DNA of 64,000 nucleotides from an uncultured Gemmatimonadaceae bacterium. Its GTDB lineage: Bacteria > Gemmatimonadota > Gemmatimonadetes > Gemmatimonadales > Gemmatimonadaceae. The position numbers and the translations under genes were made by a program. The stretch's first letter is position 1. The number at the start of each line of letters is the position of its first letter. Location of the stretch: the NCBI GenBank assembly GCA_963716745.1, contig OY970320.1, forward strand, positions 2,848,001 through 2,912,000, read 5' to 3'. Below, one piece after another: positions 33,555 through 45,620 of the stretch. The notes below the pieces were generated by a model. It made no database searches. It was not told the DNA's origin and was given only the letters and a program-made list of their open reading frames with translations.

Positions 33555-34397
33555 ATGGCTGACACGAATACGATCCACGCTTCGGCGTTCACGTCCAACG
33601 GCACCGCGCGCGAACAAGTCGCGCTGCCGGCGGAAATGTTCGACGGCACCGTGAACATGCCGGTGATGCACCAGGCGGTGAAGGCGTTCCTCGCCAACAA
33701 GCGCCAGGGCAACGCGAAGACCAAGACGCGCGGTCTCGTCGAGGGCGGCAACCAGAAGCCGTGGAAGCAGAAGGGCACGGGACGCGCCCGTCAGGGTTCG
33801 ATCCGCGCGCCGAACTGGGTGGGCGGCGGAACCGTGTTCGGTCCGATCCCGCGCAGCTACGCGCAGTACGTGCCGCGCCAGGTGCGCGCGCTGGCCCGCA
33901 AGAGCGCGTTCAACGCGCGCGCGCGGGAAGGCGCCGTGATCGTCGTCGACCGCTTCTCGTACGAGCGGCCGCAGACGTCGCGCATGGCGCAGATGCTCGC
34001 GCGCCTCGAGATGAGCGACCGCAAGGTGCTCGTGCTCACGAACGGCGTGAATGAGAACGTGTACCTCTCGGGCCGCAATCTGCCCAAGGTGCTCGTGCTG
34101 CCGTACTCCGATGTCTCGGCGTACCACGTGCTGTGGAGCGACGTGGTGCTGATCGAGGCGCCGGCGATCGGGCAGACGCTCGCGCCGGTGGCGGACACGG
34201 AAGCGCCGGCGAAGAAGAGTTCGGCCGCGAAGAAGGCGCCCAAGGCTCCGAAGGCGCCGAAGGCGGAGAAGAAGGCGGCGCCGGCGAAGAAGGCGGCGAG
34301 AGCCGCGGCTCCGAAGGCGAAGAAGGCGTCAAAGAAGCCGGCGGCGAAGAAGGCCGCCAAGGCGCAGGCCAAGCCCAAGAAGAAGAAGGGGAAATAG
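33555..34397 (+). CDS. rplD: 50S ribosomal protein L4 with Lys/Ala/Pro-rich C-terminal tail
   Basis: KPWKQKGTGRARQGS, GGGTVFGP. Confidence 0.98.
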   Translation: MADTNTIHASAFTSNGTAREQVALPAEMFDGTVNMPVMHQAVKAFLANKRQGNAKTKTRGLVEGGNQKPWKQKGTGRARQGSIRAPNWVGGGTVFGPIPRSYAQYVPRQVRALARKSAFNARAREGAVIVVDRFSYERPQTSRMAQMLARLEMSDRKVLVLTNGVNENVYLSGRNLPKVLVLPYSDVSAYHVLWSDVVLIEAPAIGQTLAPVADTEAPAKKSSAAKKAPKAPKAPKAEKKAAPAKKAARAAAPKAKKASKKPAAKKAAKAQAKPKKKKGK

Positions 34398-34685
34398 ATG
34401 CCGACACTGCATGAGATCATCGTGAAGCCGGTCGTCACGGAGAAGACCTCCGAGGCGTACCAGGCGCGCGGCGAATACACGTTCCGCACGCATCCCGAGG
34501 CGAACAAGGGCGACATCCGGCGCGCGATCGAGCAGCTGTTCGGCGTGCACGTCACGGGCGTGTGGACATCGAACCAGCGGGGCAAGGCCAAGCGCATGGG
34601 CAAGTCGGCCGGCCGCCGCACTCATTGGAAGAAGGCGATCGTGAAGCTCCGCGCGGGCGAATCGATCGCGGTATTCGAGGGTTAA
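34398..34685 (+). CDS. rplW: 50S ribosomal protein L23
   Basis: [14 protein letters not shown]. Confidence 0.98.
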   Translation: MPTLHEIIVKPVVTEKTSEAYQARGEYTFRTHPEANKGDIRRAIEQLFGVHVTGVWTSNQRGKAKRMGKSAGRRTHWKKAIVKLRAGESIAVFEG

Positions 34686-34690
34686 CGACC

Positions 34691-35521
34691 ATGGGCATCC
34701 GTCAATTCAAGCCCGTCACCAAGGGCACCCGCTTCCGCACCGTCTCGGATTTCGCCGAGATCACGCGGACGCAGCCGGAGAAGTCGCTCGTCGAGCCGCT
34801 CAAGAAGAGCGGCGGGCGCGACAATCACGGGCACATCTCGATGCGCCGCCTCGGCGGCGGTCACAAGCGGATGTACCGCGTGATCGACTTCAAGCGGAAC
34901 AAGCCGGGCGTCGTGGCGACCGTGCGTGAGATCGAGTACGACCCGAACCGCTCGGCGCGCATCGCGCTGGTGGAGTACGCGGACGGCGAGAAGCGCTACG
35001 TGCTGCATCCGGCGGGGCTGAACGTGGGCGACACGATCGTGTCGGGGCCCGGCTCGGACATCCGGCTCGGCAACGCGATCCCGCTCAAGGAAGTGCCGCT
35101 CGGCACCGCGGTGCACAATATCGAGCTCAAGATCGGCAAGGGCGGCCAGATGGCGCGCTCGGCCGGCCAGAGCGCGCAGGTGGTCGCGAAGGAAGGCGAT
35201 TACGTGACGCTGCGTCTGGGCTCGAGCGAGATGCGCCTGGTGCACGGCTTATGCATGGCGACGATCGGCACCGTGGGGAACGCGGAGCACGAGCTGCTGT
35301 CGTGGGGCAAGGCGGGCAAGACGCGTTGGCTGGGCCGCCGTCCCAAGGTGCGCGGTGAAGTGATGAACCCGGTGGACCACCCGCATGGCGGCCGCACACG
35401 CGGCGGCCGGAACGTGGTGAGCCCGTGGGGCAAGAAGGAAGGCGTGAAGACGCGGAACAAGAAGAAGGGCTCGCAGAAGCTGATCGTGCGCGGCAGGAAG
35501 CGCGGCAAGGCCACTCAGTAA
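34691..35521 (+). CDS. rplB: 50S ribosomal protein L2
   Basis: [22 protein letters not shown]. Confidence 0.99.
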   Translation: MGIRQFKPVTKGTRFRTVSDFAEITRTQPEKSLVEPLKKSGGRDNHGHISMRRLGGGHKRMYRVIDFKRNKPGVVATVREIEYDPNRSARIALVEYADGEKRYVLHPAGLNVGDTIVSGPGSDIRLGNAIPLKEVPLGTAVHNIELKIGKGGQMARSAGQSAQVVAKEGDYVTLRLGSSEMRLVHGLCMATIGTVGNAEHELLSWGKAGKTRWLGRRPKVRGEVMNPVDHPHGGRTRGGRNVVSPWGKKEGVKTRNKKKGSQKLIVRGRKRGKATQ

Positions 35522-35524
35522 GAC

Positions 35525-35593
35525 GCGGGACTCGGCACTCGGGACTCGACTGCTGTCGAATCCCGCGGCGAGTCCCGAGTCCCGAATCCCGAG
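35525..35593. repeat. Heptamer palindrome family D (CGGGACT / AGTCCCG)
   Basis: Three units per arm in the rplB-rpsS spacer. Confidence 0.85.
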
Positions 35594-35623
35594 TTCTAAG
35601 AACACTCAGAGGAAGTCGAGCAT

Positions 35624-35998
35624 ATGGCACGCAGCATCAAGAAAGGCCCCTTCGTCCAGCCGGTGTTGTTGAAGCGCGTGCGCGCGCTCAACAAGGCCAA
35701 CGAGAAGAAGGTCATGAAGACCTGGAGCCGCGCGAGCACCGTGACCCCGGAGTTCGTGGGGCACACGTTCGCGGTGCACAACGGGAACAAGTTCATCCCG
35801 GTGTACGTCACGGAGAACATGGTCGGGCACAAGCTCGGCGAGTTCTCTCCGACGCGGCTCTTCCGCGGGCACACGGGCATGAAGGCGGTGGACAAGAAGG
35901 CGGGACCGCCGGGTGGCACCGGGGCTCCGGGCGGCGGCGGACCGGGTGCGGCTCCGGCCGCGGCGCCGTCGGCACCGCCGTCCAAGGGAGGTAAGTGA
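35624..35998 (+). CDS. rpsS: 30S ribosomal protein S19 with Gly/Pro/Ala C-terminal tail
   Basis: [28 protein letters not shown]. Confidence 0.99.
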   Translation: MARSIKKGPFVQPVLLKRVRALNKANEKKVMKTWSRASTVTPEFVGHTFAVHNGNKFIPVYVTENMVGHKLGEFSPTRLFRGHTGMKAVDKKAGPPGGTGAPGGGGPGAAPAAAPSAPPSKGGK

Positions 35999-36000
35999 TC

Positions 36001-36360
36001 ATGGCTGACGTGCGCGCGATCCAGCGCACCACTCGCCAGTCGCCGTACAAGATGCGGCTGGTGATCGATCAGATCCGCGGCATGAACGTGAACGAAGCGC
36101 TCGCGCTCCTCACGTTCTCGAAGAAGCACGCCGCGAAGCAGATCGGGAAGGTGCTCAAGAGCGCCGTGGCGAACGCGGAGCAGCACGCCCGCGCCGCGAG
36201 CGAGTCGCTGGATACGGACAAGCTATTCGTGAAGCATGCGATCGTGAACGAAGGACCGAAGCTCAAGCGCTTCATGCCGGCGGCCATGGGCCGGGGCACA
36301 CCTATCGCCAAGCGGACGAGCCACGTAGAGATCGTGGTCGCCGAGAGGAAAGGTCGCTAA
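36001..36360 (+). CDS. rplV: 50S ribosomal protein L22
   Basis: [24 protein letters not shown]. Confidence 0.98.
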   Translation: MADVRAIQRTTRQSPYKMRLVIDQIRGMNVNEALALLTFSKKHAAKQIGKVLKSAVANAEQHARAASESLDTDKLFVKHAIVNEGPKLKRFMPAAMGRGTPIAKRTSHVEIVVAERKGR

Positions 36361-37019
36361 TGGGACAGAAAGTCAATCCGATCGGCTTCCGCCTCGGGAT
36401 CACGCGCGACCACCGTTCCAAGTGGTACGCGAACCGCGATTTCCCCGCGCTGCTGAAGGAAGATGAGTTGCTGCGCCGCTACCTGAAGGCGCGCCTCGGT
36501 CATGCCGCGATCAGCGACATCACGATCGAGCGCAAGCCGGGCAAGGTCGTGGCGACGATCCACACGGGCCGGCCGGGCGTCGTGATCGGCAAGAAGGGCG
36601 CCGAGGTCGACAAGCTGCGGGACGAACTCGCGCAGCTCACGGGCAAGGAAGTGGGGATCAACGTCGAAGAGGTGAAGCGTCCGGAACTCGATGCGCAGCT
36701 CGTGGGCGATCAGATCGCGCACCAGCTGGCGCAGCGCATCTCGTTCCGCCGGGCGATGAAGCGCGCCGTGCAGAGCGCGATGCGCATGGGCGCGCAGGGG
36801 ATCAAGATCAAGTGCGGCGGGCGGCTGGGCGGCGCCGAGATCGCGCGCGTCGAGGGCTATCACGAAGGCCGTGTGCCCCTCCATACGCTGCGCGCGAAGA
36901 TCGACTACGCGACGTCCACGGCGAAGACCACCTTCGGCACCATCGGTGTGAAGGTCTGGATCTTCCACGGCGAGGACACAGTGGGCCGCCGCGGTTCAAC
37001 GTACTCGACGGGCGCGTGA
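36360..37019 (+). CDS. rpsC: 30S ribosomal protein S3
   Basis: [23 protein letters not shown]. Confidence 0.99.
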   Translation: MGQKVNPIGFRLGITRDHRSKWYANRDFPALLKEDELLRRYLKARLGHAAISDITIERKPGKVVATIHTGRPGVVIGKKGAEVDKLRDELAQLTGKEVGINVEEVKRPELDAQLVGDQIAHQLAQRISFRRAMKRAVQSAMRMGAQGIKIKCGGRLGGAEIARVEGYHEGRVPLHTLRAKIDYATSTAKTTFGTIGVKVWIFHGEDTVGRRGSTYSTGA

Positions 37020-37026
37020 GGTCACC

Positions 37027-37455
37027 ATGCTGAGTCCGAAGCGCGTGAAGTTCCGCAAGATGTTCAAGGGCCGCACCCGTGGCATCGCCACGCGCGGCCA
37101 CACGGTGGCGTTCGGCCACTATGGGCTGCAGGCGATGGAGCCGGGCTGGGTGAGCGCGCGCCAGATCGAAGCGGCGCGTGTCGCGCTCACGCGGCACATC
37201 AAGCGCGGCGGCAAAGTGTGGATCCGGATCTTCCCGGACAAGCCGATCACGAAGAAGCCGGCCGAGACCCGCATGGGCAAGGGCAAGGGGTCGCCGGAAG
37301 CGTGGGTGGCGGTCGTGAAGCCGGGTCGCGTGATGTTCGAGCTCGAGGGCATCGACCGTCCGCTCGCCGAGAAGGCGATGGCGTTGGCGGCGGCGAAGCT
37401 CTCCGTACGCACCAAGTTCGTGGCACGAGAGGAGGCGCATACCAATGCAAGCTGA
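37027..37455 (+). CDS. rplP: 50S ribosomal protein L16
   Basis: [18 protein letters not shown]. Confidence 0.99.
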   Translation: MLSPKRVKFRKMFKGRTRGIATRGHTVAFGHYGLQAMEPGWVSARQIEAARVALTRHIKRGGKVWIRIFPDKPITKKPAETRMGKGKGSPEAWVAVVKPGRVMFELEGIDRPLAEKAMALAAAKLSVRTKFVAREEAHTNAS

Positions 37456-37660
37456 GGACATTCGCGAGCTGAAAGACGATGAGATCCGCGCACGCCTGGC
37501 GGAGCTCCGGGAGGAGCGCTTCCGGCTCAAGTTCCGTGCGGCGACAGAAGCGCTGGATGATCCACTGCGTTTCCGCGCGCTCCGCAAGGACATCGCGCGG
37601 CTCAATACGGTATTGCGGCAGCGCGCGCTGGGCGCGTCCGATTCGCGCACCGCACGTTAG
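37445..37660 (+). CDS. rpmC: 50S ribosomal protein L29
   Basis: [11 protein letters not shown]; position in S10 operon. Confidence 0.95.
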   Translation: MQAEDIRELKDDEIRARLAELREERFRLKFRAATEALDDPLRFRALRKDIARLNTVLRQRALGASDSRTAR

Positions 37661-37678
37661 CCAGGATAATAGGACACC

Positions 37679-37963
37679 ATGGAAGAGACGATGAAGCAGA
37701 CCGGGACCGAGCATCGCGGGGCGCGCAAGACGCGCATCGGGCTCGTCGTGAGCGACAAGATGGACAAGACGGTAGTGGTCGCGATCGAGCGCCGCTTTCC
37801 GCACCCGCTGTACGGCAAGATGATCACGCGGAGTAAGCGCCTGAAGGCGCACTGCGCGGACAACGGGGCGAAGACGGGCGATCGCGTTCGCATCATGGAG
37901 ACCCGGCCGCTGTCGAAGGACAAGCGGTGGCGTGTGGTCGAGATCCTCGAGCGCGCGCGCTAA
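37679..37963 (+). CDS. rpsQ: 30S ribosomal protein S17
   Basis: [22 protein letters not shown]. Confidence 0.99.
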   Translation: MEETMKQTGTEHRGARKTRIGLVVSDKMDKTVVVAIERRFPHPLYGKMITRSKRLKAHCADNGAKTGDRVRIMETRPLSKDKRWRVVEILERAR

Positions 37964-37975
37964 GGAGACGGGACC

Positions 37976-38344
37976 ATGATCCAACAAGAATCCATCGTGA
38001 AGGTCGCGGACAACTCGGGCGCGAAGCGCGCGCTCGTGATCCGCGTCCTGGGCGGCACGCGCCGCCGCTATGCCGGACTGGGCGACACCGTGATCGTCGC
38101 GGTGAAGGATGCGCTGCCGAACGGCACCGTGAAGAAGTCCGACGTCGCGCGCGCCGTGGTGGTGCGCACGGTGAAGGAGACGCGGCGCAAGGACGGGAGC
38201 TACATCCGCTTCGACGAGAATGCGGTGGTCATCATCAACGAACAAGGCGAGCCGCGGGCGACCCGCATCTTCGGGCCGGTGGCCCGCGAGCTGCGCGACA
38301 AGAAGTTCATGAAGATCGTCTCGCTCGCGCCTGAGGTGCTCTAA
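37976..38344 (+). CDS. rplN: 50S ribosomal protein L14
   Basis: [19 protein letters not shown]. Confidence 0.99.
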   Translation: MIQQESIVKVADNSGAKRALVIRVLGGTRRRYAGLGDTVIVAVKDALPNGTVKKSDVARAVVVRTVKETRRKDGSYIRFDENAVVIINEQGEPRATRIFGPVARELRDKKFMKIVSLAPEVL

Positions 38345-38345
38345 C

Positions 38346-38753
38346 ATGCGGATCCTGAAATACCGGAAGACGCAGCGCCGCAGCGTGAAGAACGCGGCGC
38401 GTCACTCCGGCAACGCCGAGCGTGTGACGATGCCGGTGTCGCGCGGCGACACCGTGCGCGTGATGCGCGGCGACGACAAGGGCAAGGAAGGGAAGATCAC
38501 GCGCGTGTACCCGAAGACCGGGCGCATCGTGATCGACGGCGTGAACATCGTGAAGCGGCACCGCAAGGCGCGGAGCGCCGACGAGCAGGGCGGGATCATC
38601 GATTTCCCGGCGCCGATCCACCACTCGAACGTGATGCTGCTCGACCCCAAGTCGGGTGAGCCGACGCGGACGCGGGTGCGCATCGACGACGACCAGACGA
38701 AGGAGCGCATCAGCGCGAAGAGCGGCGACACCATCCCGCGCGCGAAGCGCTGA
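38346..38753 (+). CDS. rplX: 50S ribosomal protein L24 with N-terminal extension
   Basis: KOW motif GDTVRVMRGDDKGKEG, PIHHSNV. Confidence 0.97.
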   Translation: MRILKYRKTQRRSVKNAARHSGNAERVTMPVSRGDTVRVMRGDDKGKEGKITRVYPKTGRIVIDGVNIVKRHRKARSADEQGGIIDFPAPIHHSNVMLLDPKSGEPTRTRVRIDDDQTKERISAKSGDTIPRAKR

Positions 38754-38767
38754 GCGAGGACATAGCC

Positions 38768-39484
38768 ATGGCGACCACCGAGAAGAAAGAAAAGACGGAC
38801 AAGCCGGCCAAAACGGCGAATCCGGAGCAGGCCGAGAAGCGCGAGAAGAAGGCGAAGAAGGGCGCCGCGGCCGCGGCGCCGCGCGGGCCGCACACCGGCG
38901 TCGACAAGCCGGTCGTGCCCGCGCGCCTGCACGTGTACTACACGAAGACCGTGCGGCCCAAGCTGCAGCAGCAGTTCGGGCTCACGAACGTGCACCAGAT
39001 CCCGAACCTCTCGAAGATCGTGATCAACGTGGGCTTCGGTGAAGCGGTGAAGCAGCCCAAGATGCTCGACGGCATCGTCACCGAGCTGGAGATCATCTCC
39101 GGCCAGCGCCCGGTGCGCACGAAGGCCAAGAAGTCGGTGTCGAACTTCGCGCTCCGTCAGGGGCAGGAGATCGGCGCGAGCGTCACACTGCGCGGCGCGC
39201 GGATGTGGGAGTTCCTCGACCGCTTCATCGCGGTCGCGATCCCGCGCATCCGCGACTTCCGCGGCATGAACACGCGGTCGTTCGACGGCCGCGGCAATTA
39301 CTCGGTGGGTCTCAAGGAGCAGGTGATCTTCCCTGAGATCAATTTCGATCAAGTGGAACAGGTGCACGGCATGGACATCACGTTCGTCACGAGCACGACG
39401 AAAGATGACCAGTCGTTCGCACTGCTCCGTGAGCTCGGCATGCCGTTCCGTGGGGACGACAAGCCGATCGTCGTGAAGATGTGA
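38768..39484 (+). CDS. rplE: 50S ribosomal protein L5 with charged N-terminal extension
   Basis: KIVINVG, PRIRDFRG, FDGRGNY, GMDIT. Confidence 0.99.
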   Translation: MATTEKKEKTDKPAKTANPEQAEKREKKAKKGAAAAAPRGPHTGVDKPVVPARLHVYYTKTVRPKLQQQFGLTNVHQIPNLSKIVINVGFGEAVKQPKMLDGIVTELEIISGQRPVRTKAKKSVSNFALRQGQEIGASVTLRGARMWEFLDRFIAVAIPRIRDFRGMNTRSFDGRGNYSVGLKEQVIFPEINFDQVEQVHGMDITFVTSTTKDDQSFALLRELGMPFRGDDKPIVVKM

Positions 39485-39489
39485 ACAGC

Positions 39490-39547
39490 AGGCTGTCGGC
39501 TGTCGGCTGTCGCTGACACGCCTGCAACAGCCAACAGCCGACAGTCC
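39490..39547. repeat. Heptamer palindrome family D (GGCTGTC / GACAGCC-type)
   Basis: GGCTGTC x3 ... ACAGCCA ACAGCCG ACAGTCC in the rplE-rpsN spacer. Confidence 0.85.
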
Positions 39548-39578
39548 GTAGTTCCGAACTTTTTTCGAGAGAGTCCCA

Positions 39579-39764
39579 ATGGCACGTAAGGCCATGGTCG
39601 AGAAGTCCAAGCGGAAGCCGAAGTTCAGAGTGCGCCAGCACAACCGCTGCCAGCGTTGTGGCCGGTCGCGCGCGTACCTCCGCAAGTTCGGCATCTGCCG
39701 TCTCTGTTTCCGGGAATTGGCGCTGAATGGCCTCATCCCCGGCGTGACGAAGAGCAGCTGGTAA
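39579..39764 (+). CDS. rpsN: 30S ribosomal protein S14, zinc-binding type Z
   Basis: 61 aa; CQRC...[12 protein letters not shown]. Confidence 0.98.
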   Translation: MARKAMVEKSKRKPKFRVRQHNRCQRCGRSRAYLRKFGICRLCFRELALNGLIPGVTKSSW

Positions 39765-39768
39765 GTAC

Positions 39769-39814
39769 GCGGGAAGCGGGAAGCGGGAAGCGAGTCCCGA
39801 GTCCCGAATCCCGA
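39769..39814. repeat. Chimeric heptamer element (GCGGGAA arm + AGTCCCG arm)
   Basis: Left arm as at 31155, right arm as at 35570. Confidence 0.8.
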
Positions 39815-39833
39815 AAGTTCGCACACACTTCAT

Positions 39834-39863
39834 TCCTACACGTCCCCTCGGGATACGGTAGGA
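39834..39863 (+). promoter_or_regulatory. Candidate S8-binding translational operator (16S helix 21 mimic)
   Basis: TCCTAC-A-CG-TCCC-CTC-GGGA-TA-CG-GTAGGA hairpin 15 nt before the rpsH ATG. Confidence 0.7.
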
Positions 39864-39878
39864 GCAAGGAATCGATTA

Positions 39879-40281
39879 ATGAGCATGACCGACCCGATCG
39901 CCGACATGTTGACGCGGATCCGCAATGCCTGCGGATCGAAGCATCGCCGCGTGGACATCCCGGCGTCGAAGCTGAAAGCCGAGATCGCCCGCATCCTCCT
40001 TGAGAACAACTACATCAAGGACGTGAAGACGGTCGCGGCCGAGGACGGACGCCCGGTGCTCCGCCTCTATCTCAAGTACGCGCAGGGAGAACAGCCCGTG
40101 ATCCGCGAGATCCGGCGCATCTCCACTCCGGGGCTCCGCCGCTACGTCGGCGCCACCGAGATCCCGCGCGTCCGCAACGGACTGGGCATGGCGATCCTGA
40201 GCACCTCCAAGGGGCTCATGACCGACCGCCAGGCCCGGCAGGCACGCACCGGCGGCGAGCTTGCTCGCCCTCGTCTGGTAA
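39879..40281 (+). CDS. rpsH: 30S ribosomal protein S8 (1-nt insertion ~40260 near the C-terminus)
   Basis: MTDPIADMLTRIRN, STPGLRRY, GGE then LLALVW* in shifted frame. Confidence 0.97.
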
Positions 40282-40291
40282 GGGGGACGAC

Positions 40292-40831
40292 ATGTCGCGA
40301 ATCGGGAAGAAGCCGGTACCGCTGCCGAAGGGAGTCACGGCGGCCGTGTCCGGACACAACATCACGGTGAAAGGGCCGAAGGGTGAGCTCGCGCGCTCGC
40401 TCCCGTCGGCGATGACGGTGGTCGTCGAGGGAGAGACGGTGGTCGTGACGCGTCCGAGCGACGAGAACGAGCACAAGGCGCTGCACGGTCTCACGCGCAC
40501 GCTCGTGGCCAACATGGTGGAGGGCGTGACGAAGGGATTCTCCAAGCAGCTCGAGATCGTGGGCGTCGGCTACAAGGCGGAGCAGAAGCCGTACGGCCTG
40601 CAGCTCGCGCTCGGCTTCTCGCACGCGATCGAGTACAAGGCGCCCAAGGGGATCAAGCTCACGGCGCCGCAGCCCACGTCGATCACGATCGAGGGCGCGA
40701 ACAAGGAGATGGTCGGGCAGGTGGCGGCGGAACTGCGCAGCCTGCGCCCGCCGGAGCCATACAAGGGCAAGGGGATCAAGTACGTTGGCGAGCAGATCCG
40801 GCGGAAGGCCGGCAAGGCGGGAGGCAAGTAA
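40292..40831 (+). CDS. rplF: 50S ribosomal protein L6
   Basis: MSRIGKKP, RPPEPYKGKGI. Confidence 0.99.
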   Translation: MSRIGKKPVPLPKGVTAAVSGHNITVKGPKGELARSLPSAMTVVVEGETVVVTRPSDENEHKALHGLTRTLVANMVEGVTKGFSKQLEIVGVGYKAEQKPYGLQLALGFSHAIEYKAPKGIKLTAPQPTSITIEGANKEMVGQVAAELRSLRPPEPYKGKGIKYVGEQIRRKAGKAGGK

Positions 40832-40834
40832 CCG

Positions 40835-41194
40835 ATGAAGTCCGTTCACAAGCCCAAGACGCGTGCTGAGCGCCGTTCGCGCCGGCACCTGCGTGTGCGC
40901 AAGAAGGTGGAAGGCACGGCGGAGCGTCCGCGCCTCGTGGTGAAGCGTTCGCTGAAGCACATCTACGCGCAGATCGTGGATGACATGGCGCAGCGCACGC
41001 TCATGACGGTGTCGGACCTGACCGTTGGCGAAGGGAAGAAGGCGGAGCGGTCGACGGCGGTGGGCAAGGCGCTCGCGGCGGCGGCCAAGAAGGCGGGGAT
41101 CACGCGGGTGGTCTTCGACCGCGCAGGATACAAGTATCACGGCCGCGTGAAAGCGGTGGCCGATGGCGCCCGCGAGGGCGGTCTGGAGTTTTAA
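40835..41194 (+). CDS. rplR: 50S ribosomal protein L18
   Basis: [19 protein letters not shown]. Confidence 0.99.
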   Translation: MKSVHKPKTRAERRSRRHLRVRKKVEGTAERPRLVVKRSLKHIYAQIVDDMAQRTLMTVSDLTVGEGKKAERSTAVGKALAAAAKKAGITRVVFDRAGYKYHGRVKAVADGAREGGLEF

Positions 41195-42004
41195 ATGGCT
41201 GAGAATCCGAGTCTGGAAACGGTGAGCGCCGGCGGCACGGGCGCTCCGAGCGGCGCTCCGGCGCCACGCACGGGCGGCAGCGCGCGGAGCGGCGGCGGCA
41301 GTGCGCGCTCCGGCGGCGGTCCTGGCGGCCGCGGTCGCGGCGGTCCGGGTGGCGGGCGTGGACGCGGTGGCCCGGGTGGCGGCGGCGGTGGCCGCGGCGG
41401 ACCGGGCGGCGGCCCCGGCGGCGGCCCGAATCGCGGTCGTGGCGGCGGTGGCGGTGGCGGCGGCCGTGATGGCGGCCGCGGCGGCGAGCGCGAAGGCAGC
41501 GATCTCGTCGAGAACGTCATTGCGATCAATCGCGTGGCCAAGGTCGTGAAGGGTGGTCGTCGCTTCAGCTTCAACGCGCTCGTCGCCGTGGGCGACGGGC
41601 AGGGGAAGGTGGGCGTCGCCACCGGCAAGGCGAACGAAGTGAGTGAAGCGGTGCGCAAGGCGGTGGACGCCGCGCGCCGCAACATGATCCACATCCCGCG
41701 CACGGGCAGCACGATCCCGCACGAGATCGTCGGCAAGCACGGCGCCGGTCGCGTGCTCATGAAGCCCGCGGCGCCGGGCGCCGGCGTGATCGCCGGCGGT
41801 GCCGTGCGCTCGCTCCTCGAGTGCTGCGGCGTGACGGACATCCTCACGAAGAGCTTGGGCTCCACCAATCCGCACAACATGGTGCGCGCGGCGCTGCACG
41901 GCCTCACGCACCTCACGACCGTCGAGCAGATCGCGCGCGAGCGCGACATCGAGGTGTCGAGCATCCAGTACAAGTCGCGCGCGAAGTCGAAGGAGGCCGT
42001 GTAA
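41195..42004 (+). CDS. rpsE: 30S ribosomal protein S5 with long Gly/Arg-rich N-terminal extension
   Basis: [27 protein letters not shown]. Confidence 0.98.
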   Translation: MAENPSLETVSAGGTGAPSGAPAPRTGGSARSGGGSARSGGGPGGRGRGGPGGGRGRGGPGGGGGGRGGPGGGPGGGPNRGRGGGGGGGGRDGGRGGEREGSDLVENVIAINRVAKVVKGGRRFSFNALVAVGDGQGKVGVATGKANEVSEAVRKAVDAARRNMIHIPRTGSTIPHEIVGKHGAGRVLMKPAAPGAGVIAGGAVRSLLECCGVTDILTKSLGSTNPHNMVRAALHGLTHLTTVEQIARERDIEVSSIQYKSRAKSKEAV

Positions 42005-42256
42005 ATGCCGCGCACATTCGTTTGGCATCCGGGACGTGGACCCAAGGTCACGCCGAGCAATAAGGTCACGAAGGGCAAGGTGCGCATCGAGCAGGTGCGC
42101 AGCGGCATCGGCCACTCGTGGGTAATGAAGCAGACGCTCGAGGCGATCGGCCTCAAGCATCATCAGGATGTCGTGGTGAAGACGGACTCGCCGTCGCTCC
42201 GCGGGCAGATCAAGCGCGTGCGTCACCTGGTGAAGGTGACGCCGGTGAAGGGATGA
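42005..42256 (+). CDS. rpmD: 50S ribosomal protein L30 with N-terminal extension
   Basis: [20 protein letters not shown]. Confidence 0.95.
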   Translation: MPRTFVWHPGRGPKVTPSNKVTKGKVRIEQVRSGIGHSWVMKQTLEAIGLKHHQDVVVKTDSPSLRGQIKRVRHLVKVTPVKG

Positions 42257-42747
42257 CCATGGCCAAGACCAAAGAGAAAGAGACCGCCGTCGAGAAGCTC
42301 ACGCTGCACAACCTGCACGCCGCGCCGTTCTCGCATCGCGAGCGCAAGCGGCTGGGACGCGGCCCGGGCTCCGGCACCGGCAAGACGTCGGGCAAGGGAC
42401 ACAAGGGCATCAAGGCGCGCTCGGGCCACCACGGCCACGGCGGCGGCAAGCCGCGCTTCGAAGGCGGTCAGATGCCGCTCACGCGCCGTCTGCCCAAGCG
42501 CGGCTTCACCAACCCGTTCCGCGTGGAGTCGCAGATCGTGCGGCTCGGCGATCTGAACGGGCTGCCCGCGGGCACGGAGGTGACGCGCGAATCGCTGGCG
42601 AAGGCGGGCTTGATCCGCGACGCCAAGGGTCCGGCGAAGCTGCTCGCGAACGGCAAGGTCACGAAAGCCTATACCGTGAAGGGCGTGAAGATGAGCGCGT
42701 CGGTACGTGAGGCGATCGCCGCGGCCGGAGGCCGCGTCGAGGAGTAG
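42253..42747 (+). CDS. rplO: 50S ribosomal protein L15
   Basis: [34 protein letters not shown]. Confidence 0.98.
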   Translation: MTMAKTKEKETAVEKLTLHNLHAAPFSHRERKRLGRGPGSGTGKTSGKGHKGIKARSGHHGHGGGKPRFEGGQMPLTRRLPKRGFTNPFRVESQIVRLGDLNGLPAGTEVTRESLAKAGLIRDAKGPAKLLANGKVTKAYTVKGVKMSASVREAIAAAGGRVEE

Positions 42748-42748
42748 C

Positions 42749-44787
<2,039 letters not shown>

Positions 44788-44791
<4 letters not shown>

Positions 44792-45540
44792 TCCAGCTCA
44801 AGAGCGCGCGCGAGATCGATCTGATGGCGGAGGGCGGACGCATCCTGGCCGGCGCGATCGACGCGGTGAAGGCCCGCGTGACGCCTGGCGCGTCCACGCT
44901 GGAGCTCGACGAAGTGGCCGACGCGTACATCCGCCGCTTCGACGGCGCGCTGCCGGCATTCAAAGGCCTCTACGGATTCCCACGCAGCATCTGCCTCTCG
45001 ATCAACAACGAAGTGGTGCACGGCATCCCGAGCAAGAAGCGCGTGCTCGAAGCGGGCGATCTCCTCTCGATCGACATCGGCGTGCAGTACAAGGGCTTCT
45101 TCACCGATGCGGCGATCACCGTGCCGGTGGGTCCGGTGGACGAGACGTCGCGCCAGTTGCTCGCGATCACTGCGCAGGCGCTCGACGCCGGGATCGCGGC
45201 GGCCACGGTGGAGAATCATATTGGCGACATCGGTGCCGCGGTGCAGGCGGTGGTGGAGCGCGCGGGATTCAGCGTGGTGCGCGAACTCGTGGGGCACGGC
45301 GTGGGCGCCGCGCCGCACGAGGAGCCGCAGGTGCCCAACTACGGCAAGCCGAAGCGCGGACACAAGCTCGCGCCCGGCCTCACGATCGCCATCGAGCCGA
45401 TGGTGAACGTCGGCGCCGCGGGCACGCGCACGATGCCCGACGGCTGGACGATCGTGACGAGCGACGGATCGCGCTCGGCGCACTTCGAGCATACGGTGGC
45501 GATCACGGATGCGGGACCGCGGGTCCTGACGCGCGTTTGA
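44788..45540 (+). CDS. map: Methionine aminopeptidase type I
   Basis: SINNEVVHGIP, GHGVG, HEEP, AIEPM, SAHFEHT. Confidence 0.97.
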
Positions 45541-45546
45541 CTGCGG

Positions 45547-45606
45547 GCATCGTTCATCGTGCATCGTGCCTCGACGATGCACGAGGCACGATGCACGATG
45601 AACGCT
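45547..45606. repeat. Heptamer palindrome family D (GCATCGT / ACGATGC)
   Basis: GCATCGT TCATCGT GCATCGT GCCTCG ... CGAGGC ACGATGC ACGATGA ACG right after map. Confidence 0.85.
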
Positions 45607-45620
45607 CTCGAGGATCACCC

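Noticed and set aside
34200..34397. AAGAAGGCG-type repeats as a separate element
   Set aside because: Explained by the Lys/Ala-rich L4 tail
39879..40370. C-terminally extended S8 overlapping rplF
   Set aside because: One extra base at ~40260; the canonical ending LLALVW* is present in the adjacent frame
41281..41490. GGC-rich tract as a DNA repeat element
   Set aside because: Explained by Gly/Arg codons of the S5 N-terminal extension
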